Assembly: GCA_947586855.1 (NCBI GenBank)
Contig: CANPXV010000005.1
Location: 42,951 to 106,950 of the forward strand
DNA length: 64,000 nt
Direction: 5' to 3'
From: an uncultured Clostridia bacterium
GTDB taxonomy: Bacteria > Bacillota > Clostridia > Christensenellales > CAG-314
Positions 51,325-61,841 of this stretch are shown one piece after another (position 1 is the first letter of the stretch; each line of letters begins with the position of its first letter). A model generated the notes under the pieces. It had not been told where the DNA came from. It made no database searches and saw nothing but the letters and a program-made list of their open reading frames with translations. The translations under genes were made by a program, and so were the position numbers.

Positions 51325-53241
51325 ATGTCTGTAAATGTCAAACTACCCGATGGTAGCGTAAAACAATTTGACAAGGCTGTCAGCTGTTTGGAAGTGGCGC
51401 AATCCATTTCGATGGGGTTGGCAAGAAATGCCGTCTGCGCCGAGGTAAACGGCGTCAAATGCGACCTTTCGCACGTCATCGACGGCGATTGCGATTTCAA
51501 GGTGTACACCCTCAAAAACGAAGAGGGGCTGGAAGTGTTGCGGCACTCTACGGCGCACCTTATGGCGCAGGCCATCTCCCACATCTGGAAGGACGCCAAG
51601 TTTGCTATCGGCCCCGCCATCAAAAACGGCTTCTACTACGATATCGACTTTGAGGGGACGGTGATCGCCCCCGAAGATCTGGACCGTATCGAAAAGGAAA
51701 TGGCCAAGATTGTGCAGCAGGACCTGCCCATTGTGCGAGAGGAAATGTCCCGCAGCGAGGCTATCGAATTTTTCCGCAAGCGCAACGACAACTACAAGGT
51801 GGAGATACTGTCCGAGTTGGATGCCGACACTGTTTCGCTGTATCGGCAGGGCGACTACGTGGATCTGTGCAGAGGGCCGCACATGAGCAGCACGGGCAAG
51901 CTGAAAGTTTTCAAACTTACCAGCATCGCCGGCGCCTATTGGAGGGGCGACACCAAAAACAAGATGTTGACCCGTATCTACGGCACAGCGTTCGAAAAGA
52001 AGCAGGAGTTGGACGACTACTTGCAGCGTATGGAAGAGGCCAAACGTCGGGATCACCGCAAGTTGGGCAGAGAGTTGGATTTGTTTGATATATTTGACGA
52101 AGGCCCCGGGTTTCCGTTCTTCTTTCCCAAAGGAATGGTGCTGCGCAACATTTTGGAGGACTTCTGGCGCAAGGAACACGTCAAGGCGGGCTATCAGGAG
52201 ATAAAAACGCCCATGATACTCAATCAGGAGTTGTGGCACCGCAGCGGGCATTGGGATCACTACAAGGACAATATGTATGTGGTCAAGATCGACGACGCCG
52301 ACTACGCTATCAAGCCCATGAACTGCCCCGGCGGGATGTTAGTGTACAAGCGCAAACCGCACAGCTATCGGGATCTGCCCGAGCGCATGGCAGAGTTGGG
52401 ACTTGTGCACCGTCACGAATTGTCGGGTGCGCTGCACGGTTTGATGCGGGTGCGTTGCTTCACGCAGGACGACGCTCACATCTTTATGACTCCGGAGCAG
52501 ATTGAGGAGGAAATCGAGGGTGTGGTGCGCCTTATCGACAGCTTCTACAAGGTGTTCGGCTTCAAATACAACCTCGAATTGTCCACCCGTCCCGAAAACA
52601 GCATGGGCACGGACGAGCAGTGGGAAACGGCCACAAACGCACTCAAAAACGCCCTGGAAAAGCTGGGCAAGCAATACGAAATAAACGAGGGCGACGGCGC
52701 ATTTTACGGCCCGAAAATCGACTTCCATTTGGAGGACAGTCTGGGCAGGACATGGCAGTGCGGCACCATTCAGCTGGACTTCCAAATGCCCGAACGTTTT
52801 GACCTTACCTACGTGGGGCAGGACGGCGAAAAACATCGCCCCGTGATGATACACCGTGTGGTGTTTGGCAGTATCGAGCGGTTTATCGCCATATTGACTG
52901 AGCACTACGCAGGCGCTTTTCCGCTGTGGCTTTCGCCCGTGCAGGTAAAGCTTGTGCCCATTTCGGAAAATCAGTCGCAATATGCCCACAGCGTTTGCGA
53001 CAGGTTGGTTGAGTGCGGCTTCCGTGCGGAAGTGGACGACCGCAACGAAAAAATGAACTACCGTATAAGGGAGGCCCAGCTGCAAAAGATTCCCTACATG
53101 CTTGTGCTGGGCGACAAGGAGAAGGAAAGCGGCACGGTGGCCGTCCGCAACAGAAAGAAGGGCGATCTGGGCGTGATGAGCGTGGAAGATCTGCTGGCCA
53201 AGCTGCAAAAAGAAGTGGACGACAAATCGGACGATATGTAG
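51325..53241 (+). CDS. thrS: threonine--tRNA ligase
   Basis: 638 aa with an N-terminal TGS domain, an editing domain (..HSTAHLMAQA..), a class II core and an anticodon-binding domain. SD AAGGAGG. Confidence 0.97.
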   Translation: MSVNVKLPDGSVKQFDKAVSCLEVAQSISMGLARNAVCAEVNGVKCDLSHVIDGDCDFKVYTLKNEEGLEVLRHSTAHLMAQAISHIWKDAKFAIGPAIKNGFYYDIDFEGTVIAPEDLDRIEKEMAKIVQQDLPIVREEMSRSEAIEFFRKRNDNYKVEILSELDADTVSLYRQGDYVDLCRGPHMSSTGKLKVFKLTSIAGAYWRGDTKNKMLTRIYGTAFEKKQELDDYLQRMEEAKRRDHRKLGRELDLFDIFDEGPGFPFFFPKGMVLRNILEDFWRKEHVKAGYQEIKTPMILNQELWHRSGHWDHYKDNMYVVKIDDADYAIKPMNCPGGMLVYKRKPHSYRDLPERMAELGLVHRHELSGALHGLMRVRCFTQDDAHIFMTPEQIEEEIEGVVRLIDSFYKVFGFKYNLELSTRPENSMGTDEQWETATNALKNALEKLGKQYEINEGDGAFYGPKIDFHLEDSLGRTWQCGTIQLDFQMPERFDLTYVGQDGEKHRPVMIHRVVFGSIERFIAILTEHYAGAFPLWLSPVQVKLVPISENQSQYAHSVCDRLVECGFRAEVDDRNEKMNYRIREAQLQKIPYMLVLGDKEKESGTVAVRNRKKGDLGVMSVEDLLAKLQKEVDDKSDDM

Positions 53242-53319
53242 CAAACACAAAAGTGGGGGCAGTTGCAGGTGCGGCTGCCCTTTTGCAACACAAAAGTGCA
53301 AAAACTTGGGCAAAATCGG

Positions 53320-53348
53320 TTGACACATACAGTTGCTTTTGCTAAAAT
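53320..53348 (+). promoter_or_regulatory. sigma-A promoter of the infC-rpmI-rplT operon
   Basis: TTGACA (53320-53325), 17 nt, TAAAAT (53343-53348). Confidence 0.65.
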
Positions 53349-53354
53349 ATACCT

Positions 53355-53480
53355 GTAATCAAGCAGAACTACCCGTTCTCACCGCACAGACAATCGGTTT
53401 GTCGGTTATCCGATAATTGTTGCGCAACATCTTTGCGCATATTGGGTCGTGTGGTATTTTGCTTGATACCGCACTTTTTT
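53355..53480 (+). promoter_or_regulatory. probable ribosomal protein L20 leader (attenuator of infC-rpmI-rplT)
   Basis: ~130-nt structured leader between the promoter and infC. It ends in the terminator GTGTGGTAT-tttgcttg-ATACCGCAC plus T6 (53449-53480). Position matches the Firmicute L20 leader. The aptamer was not checked against a covariance model. Confidence 0.55.
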
Positions 53481-53527
53481 AGCTCATTTATGCAAACAAA
53501 AAACGGAAGTTTCAGGAGGACACGGTT

Positions 53528-54034
53528 ATAAAAGAGCTTCAAATCAACGGTCAAATCAGAGACAAGGAGATCAGACTGATAGGCAGCGACGGCCAGCAAT
53601 ACGGCATACTTTCAGCCTACGAAGGGCAGCGCATTGCCGACGAGCAGGGTCTCGACCTGGTAAAGATATCGCCCACATCCAATCCGCCCGTGTGCAAGCT
53701 GATGGATTACAGCAAGTACAAGTACGAGCAGAACAAAAAAGAGAAGGAAATGAAGCGCAATCAAAAGACCATGGAAATCAAAGAGGTTTGGCTTTCCATG
53801 ACCATTGACGTCGGCGATCTCAACACCAAGGCTAATATCGCCCGCAAATTTTTGAAGGACGGCGACAAGGTAAAGGCGACCATCCGCATGAGGGGCAGGC
53901 AGCAGGCCTATGCCAATCAGGGGGTGGAAGTGATGAAGAAGTTTGCGGAAATCCTTTCTGACGTATCCAAAATAGACAAACAGCCCGTAACGGAAGGCAG
54001 AAACATCACTATGTTTCTTGTTCCGCTCAAATAA
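53528..54034 (+). CDS. infC: translation initiation factor IF-3 with non-canonical ATA start
   Basis: The track only reports the C-terminal 114 aa (53690..54034). The same frame is open upstream and encodes the IF-3 N-domain (..INGQIRDKEIRLIGSDGQQYGIL..GLDLVKISPTSNPPVCKLMDY). It contains no ATG, GTG or TTG. ATA at 53528 lies 8 nt after AGGAGG. Confidence 0.85.
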   Translation: MKELQINGQIRDKEIRLIGSDGQQYGILSAYEGQRIADEQGLDLVKISPTSNPPVCKLMDYSKYKYEQNKKEKEMKRNQKTMEIKEVWLSMTIDVGDLNTKANIARKFLKDGDKVKATIRMRGRQQAYANQGVEVMKKFAEILSDVSKIDKQPVTEGRNITMFLVPLK

Positions 54035-54063
54035 AGTAAATTATTCAATCGGAGGACAAATAT

Positions 54064-54258
54064 ATGCCTAAACAAAAATCGCATAGCGCTTCTAAAAAAA
54101 GATTTGTCGTGCTGAAAAGCGGCAAAGTGAAGCGTGCTCAATGCAACAAAAATCACAAACTCGGCAAAAAGACAACCAAGAGAACCCGCAACCTGCGCAG
54201 CACCGCTTACGTCAACAAGACGCAAGAAGGGACCGTCAAGAGCATGTTGCCCTACTGA
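54064..54258 (+). CDS. rpmI: 50S ribosomal protein L35
   Basis: 64 aa. MPKQKSHSASKKRF.. is the typical L35 N-terminus. Confidence 0.95.
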   Translation: MPKQKSHSASKKRFVVLKSGKVKRAQCNKNHKLGKKTTKRTRNLRSTAYVNKTQEGTVKSMLPY

Positions 54259-54273
54259 GAGGAGGATTGAACT

Positions 54274-54627
54274 ATGAGAATCAAGCGTGGTGTAAACGCA
54301 GTTAAAAAACGCAGAAAGATACTTAGATCTGCCAAAGGATACTTTGGTCTCAAATCCACCAACTACCGTCTTGCCCGTCAAGCGGTCATGAAGAGCGGCA
54401 ACTATGCCTATGTGGGCAGACGTCGCAGAAAGCGCGATATGCGCAGCCTGTGGATTGCCCGTATCAATGCGGCGGCTCGCGCAAATGGTCTGTCCTACAA
54501 CAAGCTTATGCACGGTCTCAAATTGGCCAATGTAGAAGTAAACAGAAAGTCTCTGGCGGACATCGCAGTGCACGATGCGGCTACTTTTTCCAAGCTTGCC
54601 GATACGGCAAGAGCCAATCTCAACTGA
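54274..54627 (+). CDS. rplT: 50S ribosomal protein L20
   Basis: 117 aa. [17 protein letters not shown].. is the typical L20 N-terminus. Confidence 0.95.
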   Translation: MRIKRGVNAVKKRRKILRSAKGYFGLKSTNYRLARQAVMKSGNYAYVGRRRRKRDMRSLWIARINAAARANGLSYNKLMHGLKLANVEVNRKSLADIAVHDAATFSKLADTARANLN

Positions 54628-54634
54628 CACAAAC

Positions 54635-54656
54635 AGAGCCTTTTCGGGCTCTTTTT
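54635..54656 (+). terminator. rho-independent terminator after rplT
   Basis: AGAGCC-ttttcg-GGCTCT followed by TTTT. Confidence 0.7.
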
Positions 54657-54669
54657 GTTGTATGTGCGT

Positions 54670-55416
54670 ATGTTGATCACTTCTGCAAGCAACCCAAAAA
54701 TAGTTGCCGTTGCCAAACTTGCGGACAAAAAGTATCGCAGGCAAAGCGGACAGTATGTTATCGAGGGCGTCAGGTTGGTTTCTGACGCTATCAGGCACGG
54801 CGCAATGCCAAGTGGCGTTTTTGTCAAGGAGAGCGTCGCAAGCAGTTTTGACTATCCCAATCAAACGGTGGTATCCGACGCCGTGTTCGACAAGCTGGCC
54901 GATACGGTCAACTCGCAGGGTGTTTTGGCTGTGGTGGATATCCCCAATCAGCCGCTGACGGCGCCGTCGGGCAACTGCCTGATATTGGACGGGTTGCAAG
55001 ATCCTGGCAATGTTGGCACGCTCATTCGCACGGCTGCCGCAACGGGTTTTGGCGATGTGTTTGCCGTTTCGTCGGCGGATCTGTACTCGCCAAAGGTCCT
55101 TCGCAGCGCAATGTCGGCGCATTTTTGCGTCAGATTGCACCAGACGGACGACATGCCCCAACTGCTGAATTTGCTGCAAGGCTTTGACGTGGTGGCGGCG
55201 GATATGTCGGGCGAGGACGTCTTTTCTGCACAACTCGGCGGCAAAGTGGCATTGGTGCTGGGCAACGAGGGCAACGGTTTGTCGCAGTTCTGCCGAGAGC
55301 ATGTTGCACACAAAGTGTCGCTGCCCATGGCCAACGATTTCGAGTCGCTGAATGTGGCGGTGGCGGGCAGTGTTATCATGTATCGCATATTTTCTCAAAA
55401 CAAATTTCGGAGGTAG
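54670..55416 (+). CDS. TrmH/SpoU-family RNA 2'-O-methyltransferase
   Basis: SpoU motifs (..LDGLQDPGNVGTLIRTAAA.., ..LVLGNEGNGLS.., ..LNVAVAGSVIMY..). Start is placed at ATG 54670, after the rplT terminator. Confidence 0.8.
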   Translation: MLITSASNPKIVAVAKLADKKYRRQSGQYVIEGVRLVSDAIRHGAMPSGVFVKESVASSFDYPNQTVVSDAVFDKLADTVNSQGVLAVVDIPNQPLTAPSGNCLILDGLQDPGNVGTLIRTAAATGFGDVFAVSSADLYSPKVLRSAMSAHFCVRLHQTDDMPQLLNLLQGFDVVAADMSGEDVFSAQLGGKVALVLGNEGNGLSQFCREHVAHKVSLPMANDFESLNVAVAGSVIMYRIFSQNKFRR

Positions 55417-55419
55417 TTT

Positions 55420-56157
55420 ATGTCCGGTCACAGCAAATGGAACAACATAAAAAACAAAAAGGCAAAGGGCGATGCGGCTCGTTCGCAAGTTTTTACCAAA
55501 ATCGGCCGTGAAATAGCCGTTGTGGTCAAGGCGGGCGGTCCCGATCCCAACTCCAACAGCAAGTTGTACGATGTCATCCAAAAGGCCAAAGCCAACAACA
55601 TGCCCAACGAGAACATTCAGCGCAGCATCAAAAAGGCCAGCGGAGAGCTTTCGGCGGTGGAATACGTCGATATCACCTACGAGGGGTACGGCGTGGGCGG
55701 CAGCGCAGTGATTGTGGAGTGCCTCACGGACAACAAAAACCGCACGGCAGGCGATGTGCGCCATGCTTTTGACAAAAACGGCGGCAATCTGGGCGGCTCC
55801 AACAGCGTAAGTTACATGTTCGACCGCAAAGGCATCGTGATTGCCGAAAACTCGGTTGGGTTGGACGACGACAGTGCATTTGAGCTGGCCATCGAGTCGG
55901 GCGCAGACGATGTTTCGCTGGACGATGGCATGGTAGAAATGACCTGCGACCCGTCGGCTCTCGGCGCCGTCAGAGACGCTGTTGTGGCAAGAGGCCTCAA
56001 CCTTGTCTCTGCGGAGATGGAGTGGATCCCGCAAAATATGATCACGTTGGACGCCGACAACCTTGTCCGCTTTCAAAAGATGATAGATTCTCTCGAAGAC
56101 AGCGACGACGTGCAGGAAGTGTATCACAACGTTGTTCTGCCCGAAGAAGAGGAGTAA
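55420..56157 (+). CDS. yebC: YebC/PmpR-family DNA-binding regulator
   Basis: MSGHSKWNNIKNKKAKGDAARSQVFTK.. is the signature N-terminus. Confidence 0.9.
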   Translation: MSGHSKWNNIKNKKAKGDAARSQVFTKIGREIAVVVKAGGPDPNSNSKLYDVIQKAKANNMPNENIQRSIKKASGELSAVEYVDITYEGYGVGGSAVIVECLTDNKNRTAGDVRHAFDKNGGNLGGSNSVSYMFDRKGIVIAENSVGLDDDSAFELAIESGADDVSLDDGMVEMTCDPSALGAVRDAVVARGLNLVSAEMEWIPQNMITLDADNLVRFQKMIDSLEDSDDVQEVYHNVVLPEEEE

Positions 56158-56273
56158 AATCCAAACTTTCCATGATGAGTTCGACTTGCGTCGGACTCAT
56201 TTTTGTTTCCGACCAAATGCTGCCCCACCCCAACATTTCTCACACAACCGATTTTTTGTTTGCACTTGACTTT

Positions 56274-56302
56274 TGACAGATATTGTTATATATTGTATAA
56301 TA
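56274..56302 (+). promoter_or_regulatory. sigma-A promoter of ruvCAB
   Basis: TTGACA (56274-56279), 17 nt, TATAAT (56297-56302). Confidence 0.65.
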
Positions 56303-56319
56303 GGATAATAGGTGGACAA

Positions 56320-56820
56320 ATGAAAAGAGTGATTGGCTTTGACCCCGGTTTGGCCATTGTGGGCTATGGGGTGCTGGATTTTGAAGATTTCAACCGCAAG
56401 CAGGTGGTGGACTACGGTATCATCACCTCGCCCAAGGAAGAAAGTTTCCCCGTGAGGTTGGCCATTCTCTACGAGTCTGTCACCAAGCTGATAGAACAGT
56501 TCAAGCCGGACGAAATTGCCGCCGAAGAGTTGTTTTTCAACACAAATATCACCACGGGCATCAATGTTGCCCACGCCAGAGGAGTGTTGCTGCTTGCGGC
56601 CATTCATCACTGCGGCAGGCTGTACGAGTACACCCCGTTGCAGATCAAGCAGGCAATGACGGGCTACGGCCGTGCGGATAAAAAGCAAATCCAGCAGATG
56701 GTCAAGGTGTACCTGGGGTTGGAAAAAGTCCCCCGTCCCGACGACGCTGCCGACGCCCTTGCCGTGGCGCTTACGCACATACAGACGGGCGGCCTTACGG
56801 ACAAATTTTATATCAAATAG
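56320..56820 (+). CDS. ruvC: crossover junction endodeoxyribonuclease RuvC
   Basis: Start ATG at 56320 after GGTGGA. ..IGFDPGLAIVGYGVLD.. and ..DDAADALAVAL.. catalytic acidic residues. Confidence 0.9.
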   Translation: MKRVIGFDPGLAIVGYGVLDFEDFNRKQVVDYGIITSPKEESFPVRLAILYESVTKLIEQFKPDEIAAEELFFNTNITTGINVAHARGVLLLAAIHHCGRLYEYTPLQIKQAMTGYGRADKKQIQQMVKVYLGLEKVPRPDDAADALAVALTHIQTGGLTDKFYIK

Positions 56821-56832
56821 CAGAGGTAAACT

Positions 56833-57426
56833 ATGTTTAGCTACATATGCGGAGAAGTGACGGAGCTGGGCAACGGTACTGTGACGCTGGACGTAAACGG
56901 CGTGGGCTACGAGCTGGCCGTATCCAACTACACTCTTGCCGATTGTCAACTTGGGCACAAGCAAAAGCTGTACACATACATGCAGGTCAAGGAGGACGGC
57001 ATATCGCTGTGCGGCTTTGCCTCTCAGCAGGAAAAGACGATGTTTTTGCGCCTGATTTCCGTCTCGGGGGTGGGCTGCAAGGTGGCGTTGGCCGTTTTGT
57101 CGGGCATGGATACGGACAGTTTGTCGCTGGCCATCATGAACGGCGACACAAAGCTGCTTACCAAGATCAAGGGCCTCGGCAAAAAGACCGCCGAACGCCT
57201 TGTGTTGGAGCTGAAAGAAAAGGTGGTGGTGGACGCTGCGCAATTGGTGTTGCCCATCGCCCAAAACGCCGAGATAAAACTTACCCAGGATATGCAAAAC
57301 GCCGTTGCGGTGCTGTGTTCTCTGGGCAAAAGCCAAGCCGATGCGGAAAAATTGGTGGACGCCGCCTCCAAATTGGGCGCAACCACCGCCGAAGAATTGG
57401 TCAATATGGCATTCAGGATAAACTGA
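56833..57426 (+). CDS. ruvA: Holliday junction DNA helicase RuvA
   Basis: OB domain plus two HhH motifs (..[13 protein letters not shown].., ..[12 protein letters not shown]..). Confidence 0.9.
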   Translation: MFSYICGEVTELGNGTVTLDVNGVGYELAVSNYTLADCQLGHKQKLYTYMQVKEDGISLCGFASQQEKTMFLRLISVSGVGCKVALAVLSGMDTDSLSLAIMNGDTKLLTKIKGLGKKTAERLVLELKEKVVVDAAQLVLPIAQNAEIKLTQDMQNAVAVLCSLGKSQADAEKLVDAASKLGATTAEELVNMAFRIN

Positions 57427-57442
57427 TTTTACGGATCTGGAT

Positions 57443-58484
57443 ATGGAACAGCAATTTTTTACAAGTACACTTACCGAAAAAGAGCGGGATACCGAAAATA
57501 TCCTGCGCCCAAAGGTTTTTGAGGACTACGTTGGGCAGGACAAGGTCAAAGAAAATATGCGCATCTACATCAAGGCGGCGTTGGCTCGCAACGAAAGCCT
57601 CGACCACGTGCTGCTGTACGGCCCTCCCGGGTTGGGCAAAACTACTCTTGCGCATATCATTGCCAACGAGATGGGCGTGCCCATCACGGTGACGAGCGGT
57701 TCGGCCATACCGGGCAAATTTGACCTGTCGGCGATACTGTCCAAGCTCAAACCCAACGAGGTGCTGTTTATTGACGAGATCCACCGTCTCAACAGCAGTC
57801 TGGAAGAGATTTTGTACCCCGCAATGGAGGACTATCGTCTGGATTTTGTGGTGGGCAAAGGGCCAAGCGCCACCAGTGTCAATATCAAGTTGGAAAAATT
57901 TACCCTTATTGGCGCCACTACCAAGGCGGGCAATCTTGCCGCCCCCTTGCGGGACAGGTTCGGCATGCAGATGAGGCTTGTGCCCTACACCCCCGACCAG
58001 CTGAAACTTATCGTGCTTAAATCCGCCAAAAAATTGGGCACGCAGATAGACGACGCCGCTGCATACGAAATCGCTCGGCGCAGCAGAGGCACGCCCCGTA
58101 TCGCCAACAGATTGCTCAAACGTGTGCGGGACTTTGCCGAGGTGTTCGGCGACGGGCATGTCACAACCGACGTGACCTTGCACGCAATGAGTGTCATCGA
58201 GGTGGACGAGCTGGGATTGGACGCCGTGGACAAAAATATCCTCACTACGATAATCGACAAATTCAGCGGAGGTCCCGTTGGTTTGGACACGTTGGCTTCC
58301 GCCACGGGCGAGGATACTGCCACCATTGAGGACGTCTACGAACCGTATCTGTTGCAATTGGGATTTATCGCACGCACCCCCCGAGGCAGAGTGTGCATGC
58401 CCAACGCCTACAAACATCTGGGCAAAAAACTATCCAAGGAGCGTATGGAAATGCTGTCCATCTATGCCGACAGCGCCGACAACG

Positions 58485-58498
<14 letters not shown>
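57443..58498 (+). CDS. ruvB: Holliday junction DNA helicase RuvB
   Basis: Walker [10 protein letters not shown], Walker B FIDEIHR, sensor residues and a winged-helix C-terminus. Confidence 0.97.
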
Positions 58499-60670
<2,172 letters not shown>

Positions 60671-60787
60671 AAACATTTTTATACGCTATTTCTATTGCAA
60701 TTTTGCAGCCGATAATGTATAATAATGGAAAGTGTGGCAATATTTTGCTACAAATAAATTTTGCGGCAACGCCCCGAGGAGACAAAC

Positions 60788-61174
60788 ATGACAAATCTGT
60801 TGAACTTTTTTGAAGATACAACCGCTAACGCCGGTGGCGGATGGTGGATATATGTAGTTTTCGGCGTATTGCTTGTCGGTATGATCCTGCTTATGATCAT
60901 TCCGCAAAGAAGGCAGAAGAAACGTCAGGAAGAAATGATGTCCAAATTGGCTGTCGGCTGTGTCGTCACGACTATCGGCGGCATCGTTGGAGAAGTCGTT
61001 CAGTTGGACGACTCGCATATCTGGTTGTCCACCGGTGTCGACGACAACAAGTCCACAATGCAATTTGTACGTCAGGCGATACACACAATTGCTCCTGCAC
61101 CCGGCTCTCCCGAAGCAGAAGCTATCGAAAAGGCCGAGAAGGAAAAGGAAAACGAAGTGGACGAAATCAAATAG
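60788..61174 (+). CDS. yajC: preprotein translocase subunit YajC
   Basis: Start ATG at 60788 after GAGGAG. Single TM followed by ..IIPQRRQKKRQEEMMSKLAVGCVVTTIGGIVGEVV.. (YajC signature), with an extended acidic C-terminus. Confidence 0.85.
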   Translation: MTNLLNFFEDTTANAGGGWWIYVVFGVLLVGMILLMIIPQRRQKKRQEEMMSKLAVGCVVTTIGGIVGEVVQLDDSHIWLSTGVDDNKSTMQFVRQAIHTIAPAPGSPEAEAIEKAEKEKENEVDEIK

Positions 61175-61192
61175 CTTGGTCTAAAAACGTCA

Positions 61193-61233
61193 ACCTCCGA
61201 ATAGTATTTAGTAGCTATTCGGAGGTGTTTTTT
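61193..61233 (+). terminator. intrinsic terminator whose 3' arm contains the SD of the next gene
   Basis: ACCTCCGAATAG, 10-nt loop, CTATTCGGAGGT (perfect 12 bp), then G plus T6, then ATG at 61234. Confidence 0.7.
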
Positions 61234-61608
61234 ATGGAAGCGAGCGTCAGAAAATCCACAATCATTCAATCGGTCAAGATGGGACTGCTGTCCCTGGTTT
61301 TTTCCTGCATAGGCACGTTGCTGCTTGCGTTGGTGGCCAAACTGTGCGGCCTTGGAGACAAAACATTGCCCATCATCAATCAGGTGCTCAAAGTTGTCGC
61401 TGTTATTTTGGGCACGCTTGTCTCTGTCAAGGACGAAAAGTTTTTGCTTAAAGCCGTGTTGGGCGCTGTGCTGTTTTGGGCGCTTTCGTTGGGAGTGTTT
61501 GCACTGATGGGCGGGCAAATACATTTTGGCCAGATTGCTTTGGATCTGGGCATATCCTTGGCGGCGGCGGTCGTTGTTGCGCTCATCAAAAGTCGCAAAT
61601 CGGCGTAG
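61234..61608 (+). CDS. small 4-TM membrane protein (TIGR04086/YrzE-like?)
   Basis: 124 aa with four hydrophobic helices. Located between yajC and the SecD-like gene. Confidence 0.5.
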   Translation: MEASVRKSTIIQSVKMGLLSLVFSCIGTLLLALVAKLCGLGDKTLPIINQVLKVVAVILGTLVSVKDEKFLLKAVLGAVLFWALSLGVFALMGGQIHFGQIALDLGISLAAAVVVALIKSRKSA

Positions 61609-61774
61609 TCCGTCCGGCATATCGGTCAAAATTGCTGTGTGGCGGGGCATATGTTTGCCTCGCCTTTTGCATGCCGATTTGTGTGCAAAAATGCCCGAAA
61701 AGGCCAACCGACAATGCAATTTATATTATAATAAATAAAATAGCCGCAAAAAGGCGAAAAAAAAGAAAAAACAT

Positions 61775-61803
61775 TTGACTATTTTTGCAAGTGATATTAT
61801 AAT
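61775..61803 (+). promoter_or_regulatory. sigma-A promoter of the SecD-like gene
   Basis: TTGACT (61775-61780), 17 nt, TATAAT (61798-61803). Confidence 0.6.
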
Positions 61804-61841
61804 TAAACAGTCAAGTTAGGTAAAAGTCAAGGAGACTAAAA

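Noticed and set aside
53917-56127. A 736-aa stop-free minus-strand ORF running antisense across infC, rpmI, rplT, the TrmH gene and yebC. It could look like a giant overlapping gene.
   Set aside because: Its codons are exactly phase-aligned with the sense codons of rpmI, rplT, the TrmH gene and yebC: all have start coordinates equal to 1 mod 3, as does 53917. In that phase, antisense stops arise only from sense TTA, CTA or TCA codons, which this genome evidently avoids. The product is H/Q/R/V/A-rich with no motifs, SD or promoter. It is a codon-usage artefact.
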